This document shows positions 58,363-64,000 of a stretch of 64,000 bases of DNA, in pieces. The first letter of the stretch is position 1. Each line of letters opens with the position of its first letter. The notes under the pieces are model-generated. The model worked only from the letters and a program-made list of their open reading frames with translations, did not search any database and was not told the DNA's origin. Made by a program: the position numbers and the translations under genes. Source of the DNA: Macrostomum hystrix (Eukaryota > Animalia > Platyhelminthes); contig CATNEN010000001.1 in NCBI GenBank assembly GCA_950097015.1, forward strand, positions 16,058,001 to 16,122,000, written 5' to 3'.

Positions 58363-58516
58363 ATGAAGCACCCTTGCCAATGTCTCCAGGATTAAGCTTA
58401 GCGTAATGATCAACTTTGCGGCCTGCACTTTCTCCGTCACTGTCCGAGCTGTCACCGTGATCTGCCGGCGATTTTAACAGATTCTGCAAGGCCTGGAGTC
58501 CGCCGATGGTGTCCAT
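54502..58516 (-). CDS. DNAAF6: PIH1D3/DNAAF6 dynein axonemal assembly factor. Exons 58516-58127 and 54717-54502 (201 aa)
   Basis: PGDIG, DIW, DPRQQPQYEMHFRQAVTPEDMFLG...TPATASCEHIV|ISIKLPGT...LDVRDRFLDLRS...LGLHLPHPVD...DFDFVNF*. Phase-0 GT-AG intron. Confidence 0.92.
54915..55959 (-). CDS. Noc2/rabphilin-like Rab-effector (RabBD with FYVE-type zinc finger). Exons 55959-55589 and 55269-54915
   Basis: PTDRQLNLRQKIQRGW, LTDAELDHV, GDGVRSCLLCG, CxxC pairs and LVCEVC...GGWHF (SGAWF-like). Phase-2 GT-AG intron spanning a 21-bp repeat. An alternative acceptor at 55545 is also in phase. Confidence 0.78.
55287..55520. repeat. 21-bp minisatellite
   Basis: (GGAATTGTGTCAGACGGTTGG)n. Confidence 0.94.
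55965..57907. repeat. 16-bp minisatellite (~120 copies)
   Basis: (CAGCTTGCAGATTCAA)n. Confidence 0.98.
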
Positions 58517-58594
58517 AGCGATGACCTTGGAATGACCTGGAACTGCAAATATTGCTGCCTGAGCTATAGTTTGGAATAATTGGGCTTACAAAGA

Positions 58595-59765
58595 AGATGA
58601 AGGGTTAGGGTGGCTGTGTGAGATGAAGGGTTGGTGTGCAGTGTGAGATGAAGGGTTGGTGTGCAGTGTGAGATGAAGGGTTGGTGTGCAGTGTGAGATG
58701 AAGGGTTGGGGAGGCTGTGTGAGATGAAGGGTTAGGGAGGCAGTGTGAGATGAAGGGTTGGGGTGGCTGTATGAGATGAAGGGTTGGAGAGGCGGTGGGA
58801 GATGAAGGGTTGGGGAGGCAGTGTGAGATGAAGGGTTGGAGAGGCGGTGGGAGATGAAGGGTTGGGGAGGCAGTGTGAGATGAAGGGTTGGGGAGGCAGT
58901 TTGAGATGAAGGGTTGGAGAGGCGGTGGGAGATGAAGGGTTGGGGAGGCAGTGTGAGATGAAGGTTGGGGAGGCAGTTTGAGATGAAGGGTTGGGGAGGC
59001 AGTGGGAGATGAAGGGTTGGCGAGGCAGTTTGAGATGAAGGGTTGGCGAGGCAGTTTGAGATGAAGGGTTGGCGAGGCAGTTTGAGATGAAGGGTTGGTG
59101 TGCAGTGTGAGATGAAGGTTTGGGGAGGCTGTGTGAGATGAAGGGTTAGGGAGGCAGTGTGAGATGAAGGGTTGGGGTGGCTGTGTGAGATGAAGGGTTG
59201 GAGAGGCGGTGGGAGATGAAGGGTTGGGGAGGCAGTGTGAGATGAAGGGTTGGGGAGGCAGTTTGAGATGAAGGTTGGGGAGGCAGTGGGAGATGAAGGG
59301 TTGGCGAGGCAGTTTGAGATGAAGGGTTGGCGAGGCAGTTTGAGATGAAGGGTTGGCGAGGCAGTTTGAGATGAAGGGTTGGTGTGCAGTGTGAGATGAA
59401 GGGTTGGGGAGGCTGTGTGAGATGAAGGGTTGGGGTGGCTGTGTGAGATGAAGGGTTGTGTGCAGTGTCAGATGAAGGGTTGTGTGCAGTGTGAGATGAA
59501 GGGTTGGAGAGGCGGTGGGAGATGAAGTGTTAGGGAGGCAGTGTGAGATGAAGGGTTGGGGAGGCAGTGTGAGATGAAGGGTTGGGGTGGCTGTGTGAGA
59601 TGAAGGGTTGGGTAGGCAGTGGGAGATGAAGGGTTGGCGAGGCAGTGGGAGATGAAGGGTTGGCGAGGCAGTTGGAGATGAAGGGTTGGCGAGGCAGTGG
59701 GAGATGAAGGGTTGGCGAGGCAGTGTGAGATGAAGGGTTGGTGTGCAGTGTGAGATGAAGGGTGG
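58595..59765. repeat. ~26-bp minisatellite
   Basis: (GAGATGAAGGGTTGGGGAGGCAGTGT)n. Confidence 0.96.
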
Positions 59766-60164
59766 GGTGTGGTGTAAGGGATTAAGGATTTCAAAAGGAG
59801 CAAAACGAGGAAATCGGCAAGAAGTAAAATATAAATAAATAGTTTTAATATGTTTGTATAGTTTCAGCTTTAATTTCTTCGGTGCTGGCGCAAACAGTTG
59901 GACAATAAGTCATGTTACTAACAGACAACAGAACATATATCAAATTATCCATATTTTGATTATCCAAAACACTCCAGTCTGCAAATCTCTCAAAATCCTC
60001 CAGAAATCTAAACATAAAATATAAATTTTATTGAAAGCAAGACAAAACTTGTTTTAAATATATGATGCAATAAAATATTGTCAGTTTGAAGTTTGAGAAT
60101 AGATGCAAATCTTTGTGTTTGTACTTTGTGTTTCTGCAATTGAATAATGAGGTCACCGAAATTA

Positions 60165-60526
60165 AGGGCAGAGTTGCGGGGTTGGTCAGGAGTGAGTGTA
60201 CATTGAGGGCAGAAGTTAGGGGTGGGGTTATCAGGAGCGAGTGTACATTGAGGGCAGAAGTTAGGGGTGGGGTTATCAGGAGCGAGTGTACATTGAGGGC
60301 AGAAGTTAGGGGTTGGTCAGGAGCGACTGTACATTGAGGGCAGAAGTTAGGGGTGGGGTTATCAGGAGTGAGTGTACACTGAGGGCAGAAGTTAGGGGTG
60401 GGGTTATCAGGAGCGACGTTACATTAAGGGCAGAAGTTAGGGGTGGGGTTATCAGGAGCGAGTGTACATTGAGGGAAGAAGTTAGGGGTTGGTCAAGAGC
60501 AAGTGTGTACATTGAGGGCAGAAGTT
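60165..60526. repeat. ~45-bp minisatellite (related units at 61430-61600)
   Basis: (TCAGGAGCGAGTGTACATTGAGGGCAGAAGTTAGGGGTGGGGTTA)n. Confidence 0.92.
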
Positions 60527-61007
60527 TGTGTTTGGTGGAGAAGTAGAAAATTGCAGGGTATTATTGCTTGACATAAGTTTTTTAATCAATGCATTTCTTC
60601 ATGGCTTATTAAGTTCATGTTTCAAGTTGCAAACACAGACTTAGCTCGTACAACGATTAGGTGTCGTACAAGAAACTTTAACATATTAATTTGATTTAAC
60701 AGGAAAGAACAAGATGATAGAATAACGAAGAAGGGATTGTGAAAGCGAAAATTGAATTACTTTAAAAAGCATATTTTCGGATACAAAATTCGTATCTACT
60801 GTAAAATACAAACTGAAAAAGCTCAAGTTAAATACTCTGCCAAATTTAATAGACACTGGCTATAGACAATGGGTAAAATTTCGAGATGAGGGAATAATAA
60901 AAAAAAACCGGAACATAAAAAATTAGAACAAAAGTTTGATAACGACTAAAGACAAAGCCACTAAACTAAAACAATTTTTTGTTAGAATCGACAAAAAACA
61001 AACGAAG

Positions 61008-62935
61008 TCAAATTGCGCGACACAGAGCTGATCGGTACTGGTCTCTGGTCAGTCTCAGAAAATGAAATCCCTGCTCTCCGTTAGTAATGTCAACGAATCC
61101 GTAGTGGCGGTAAACATCAAAGGCGGAAGAGTTCCAGGCCAAATAGCACAGGCTCATGAAATGACAGCCGCGAGTCAGGGCGTCCTTAGCAACAGCGGAG
61201 AACAGAGCGCTGCAGACGCCTTTGCCGCGATGATCTGGCTTCACAAACACGTCTTCCAGGCAGACTCCCCTGCCGCTGTGCCAGAATTCGTCGAATGCCA
61301 GGCCGTAGCCAATAGTGACGACTTCGTTTAGGCTGTTCGTCGACTCGGCTATTAATACTTTAGCGAAGCGTCTTTCGCCAAAGATATCGCGACGAAGTTG
61401 ATCTTCATTGATGCGAACCTGAGTGAACATTTTGGGGTAGAGAGTTAGGTTAGTCGGGACTGTGTGTACATTTGGGGGTAGAGAGTTAGGGGTTGATCAG
61501 GAGTGAGTGTACATTTGGGGGTAGAGATTTAGGGGTTGGTCGGGAGTGAGTGCACATCTGGGGGTAGAGATTTAGGGGTTGGTCGGGAGTGTGTACATTC
61601 GGGGTTTATATTTAGAGAATGTTTCCGCACAGACCTGATCACTGAGCTTCTCAAACTCCGCCAAGCTTCTGATCATGGATATGACTTCAGCACAGTCGGC
61701 TTCGCTGCCTGGCCGAATTGAGATGCCGCTGTTGGGCTGCCGATCGGCCAGCTTCCGAAGGCCGTCTTCGTCGAGTCTGTGGACAAATTGAACAACAATC
61801 AATAGAAGTTCAATGTATTGGGTCTGCGACTAGGATTCTGTGGGATTCGGCATTCCAATTCGATTGGATTTTAATTTTTACTTCGACGGGATTTGGACTT
61901 TCAGAGCAGTATACGGGTATAAAAAGTACCGAGATAGAATTAAGACTAACGAATCACCTGGCAAAGTGCCAGTCTTCAGTCTTGGTCAAGTCCTGAAATC
62001 CCAGATGAACTAGCTGTTCGTAAACTGAGCTATCTGAGGCTGGGTGCAGCAGCTCGATTCGTTGCAAGTCTTCATCGTCCAGGGTCCGATCAATGACAGA
62101 CCTGAGCAGGCTGACAATCAGGTGCTGGTTGGACTGCAGGCTGCTGTCGCACTGAACCGCGCCAAGCCTAACACGGCCGCCAACCCACGTGGAGTAGGTC
62201 GGGTAGAATATGATGCAGCCTAGAATAGAGTGCTCAGCCTCCGGCACCGCTTTGAGGCTGGAAACCTGGCGGAGAGGGACAGCGCTGTGTTACGTCACCT
62301 GTTTCGTGTCTGTTGGTCATTCGTTACACCTGGGAAACCTGTAATCTGTTGGTCATTCGTTACACCTGGCAAACCTGTAATCTGTTGGTCATTCGTTACG
62401 CCTGGGAAACCTGTAATCTGTTGGTCATTCGTTACACCTGGGAAACCTGTAATCTGTTGGTCATTCGTTACGCCTGGGAAACCTGTAATCTGTTGGTCAT
62501 TCGTTACGCTTGGGAAACCTGTAATCTGTTGGTCATTCGTTACACATGGGAAACCTGTAATCTGTTCGTCATTCATTACACCTGGGAAACCTGTAATCTG
62601 TTGGTCATTCGTTACAAATGGGAAGTCTGTAATCTGTTGGTCATTCGTTACAAATGGGAAACCTGTAATCTGTTGGTCATCCATCCTTCAATTTCGCCGA
62701 TCCCTCACTAGCAACCAACCTGCAGACTGGTCCAATCCTGTCCAACATTCATTAGCTCATCAGCGCTAGCCACAGCAGCTACCTCACAGTGTGAGTCGCT
62801 ATCAGACAGTTTGAGTTGCTGGCAATACTGCACCAGCAATTTGTGCAATTGTTCGGCGGTTTCAGTTCCATCTGTGTTCTGGTCACTATTAGATGTCATA
62901 CGACCCAGAGCTGATACGGCTAGTTGGTATGACAT
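61008..62935 (-). CDS. Diamine N-acetyltransferase (SAT1/SAT2)-like protein with two tandem GNAT domains. Exons 62935-62720, 62265-61958, 61776-61635, 61418-61008
   Basis: Domain 1: FYPTYSTWVG...GFQDLTKTEDWHFAR|LDEDGLRKLA. Domain 2: IRPG...LAEFEKLSDQ|VRI...LEDVFVKPDHRGKGV...LAWNSSAFDVY...GFVDIT. The first intron boundaries are less certain. Confidence 0.85.
62305..62682. repeat. 36-bp intronic minisatellite
   Basis: (TGTTGGTCATTCGTTACACCTGGGAAACCTGTAATC)n. Confidence 0.96.
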
Positions 62936-63104
62936 GGCTGTAACTTTCGTGAACTCTCGTTGACTTCCAGATGTCGAAATTAAACCAGGACTGATAATTT
63001 TTGCTGAAAAATAAATTTGAGATTTGTTAAGCCTACAAAGCACTATATGCAGGGCATTAATTTAGACAGTGTTTAGAGCCCCTGGAAGGTGACTGGCACA
63101 ATTC

Positions 63105-63861
63105 ACTGGCACAGATGGTCTGGGGAACTGGCACAGATGGTCTGGGGAACTGGCACAGATGGTCTGGGGAACTGGCACAGATGGTCTGGGGAACTGGCAC
63201 AGATGGTCTGGGGAACTGGCACAGATGGTCTGGGGAACTGGCACAGATGGTCTGGGGAACTGGCACAGATGGTCTGGGGAACTGGCACATGTGGTCTGGG
63301 GAACTGGCACATGTGGTCTGGGGAACTGGCACAGATGGTCTGGTGAACTGGCACAGATGGTCTGGGGAACCGGCAGAGATGGTCTGGGGAACTGGCACAG
63401 ATGGTCTGGGGAACTGGCACAGATGGTCTGGGGAACTGGCACAGATGGTCTGGGGAACTGGCACAGATGGTCTGGGGAACTGGCACATGTGGTCTGGGGA
63501 ACTGGCACATGTGGTCTGGGGAACTGGCACAGATGGTCTGGTGAACTGGCACAGATGGTCTGGGGAACCGGCAGAGATGGTCTGGGGAACCGGCAGAGAT
63601 GGTCTGGGGAACTGGCACAGATGGTCTGGGGAACTGGCACAGATGGTCTGGGGAACTGGCACAGATGGTCTGGGGAACTGGCACAGATGGTCTGTGGAAC
63701 TGGCACAGATGGTCTGGGGAACTGGCACTGATGGTCTGGGGAACTGGCACTGATGGTCTGGGGAACTGGCACAGATGGTCTGGGGAACTGGCACAGATGG
63801 TCTGGGGAACTGGCACAGATGGTCTGGGGAACTGGCACAGATGGTCTGGGGAACTGGCACA
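63105..63861. repeat. 22-bp minisatellite
   Basis: (GGCACAGATGGTCTGGGGAACT)n. Confidence 0.97.
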
Positions 63862-64000
63862 CCCCACTAGTGACTAATAATGGGATGAAATAATAAATGC
63901 AGGCACAAAGTATTTGAGAAAGTAATTTCCAGCTATTTCGCTTGTATATGCATATCTGGGTATAAAATGTAGCTAAAAGGACATTGTACAAGTGCAAAAC

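Noticed and set aside
63057-63997. Cys/Pro-rich repeat ORFs on both strands
   Set aside because: Artefacts of a 22-bp minisatellite.

Overview
Eukaryotic (animal) genomic DNA. GC-rich exons, introns filled with minisatellites and the gene content suggest a flatworm such as Macrostomum; this is inference. The left half (1-38 kb) is mostly transposon-derived. It starts with a 28S rRNA fragment that begins exactly at the R2 target site and ends in degenerate TTAGGG repeats, followed by a tRNA-derived SINE. Next is a ~16.4 kb minus-strand Ty3/Gypsy element (8442-24879), which carries a nested 5'-truncated Gypsy and a solo LTR. A decayed CMC/EnSpm transposon with a BEN-domain gene and several MITEs follow. 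The standout is the large Gypsy element. Removing the solo LTR restores one ORF ordered Gag - internal signal peptide - cysteine-rich viral-type fusion glycoprotein (furin site, TM) - aspartic protease, followed by RT/RNase H/integrase and three accessory ORFs. The envelope is therefore embedded between gag and pro, not placed after pol. The right half (42-63 kb) holds four minus-strand host genes: a dissatisfaction-like NR2E nuclear receptor, PIH1D3/DNAAF6, a Noc2/rabphilin-like gene nested on the same strand inside the PIH1D3 intron, and a tandem double SAT-like GNAT acetyltransferase. Most long ORFs beyond 34 kb are minisatellite artefacts. All family calls are by motif recognition; no searches were run.
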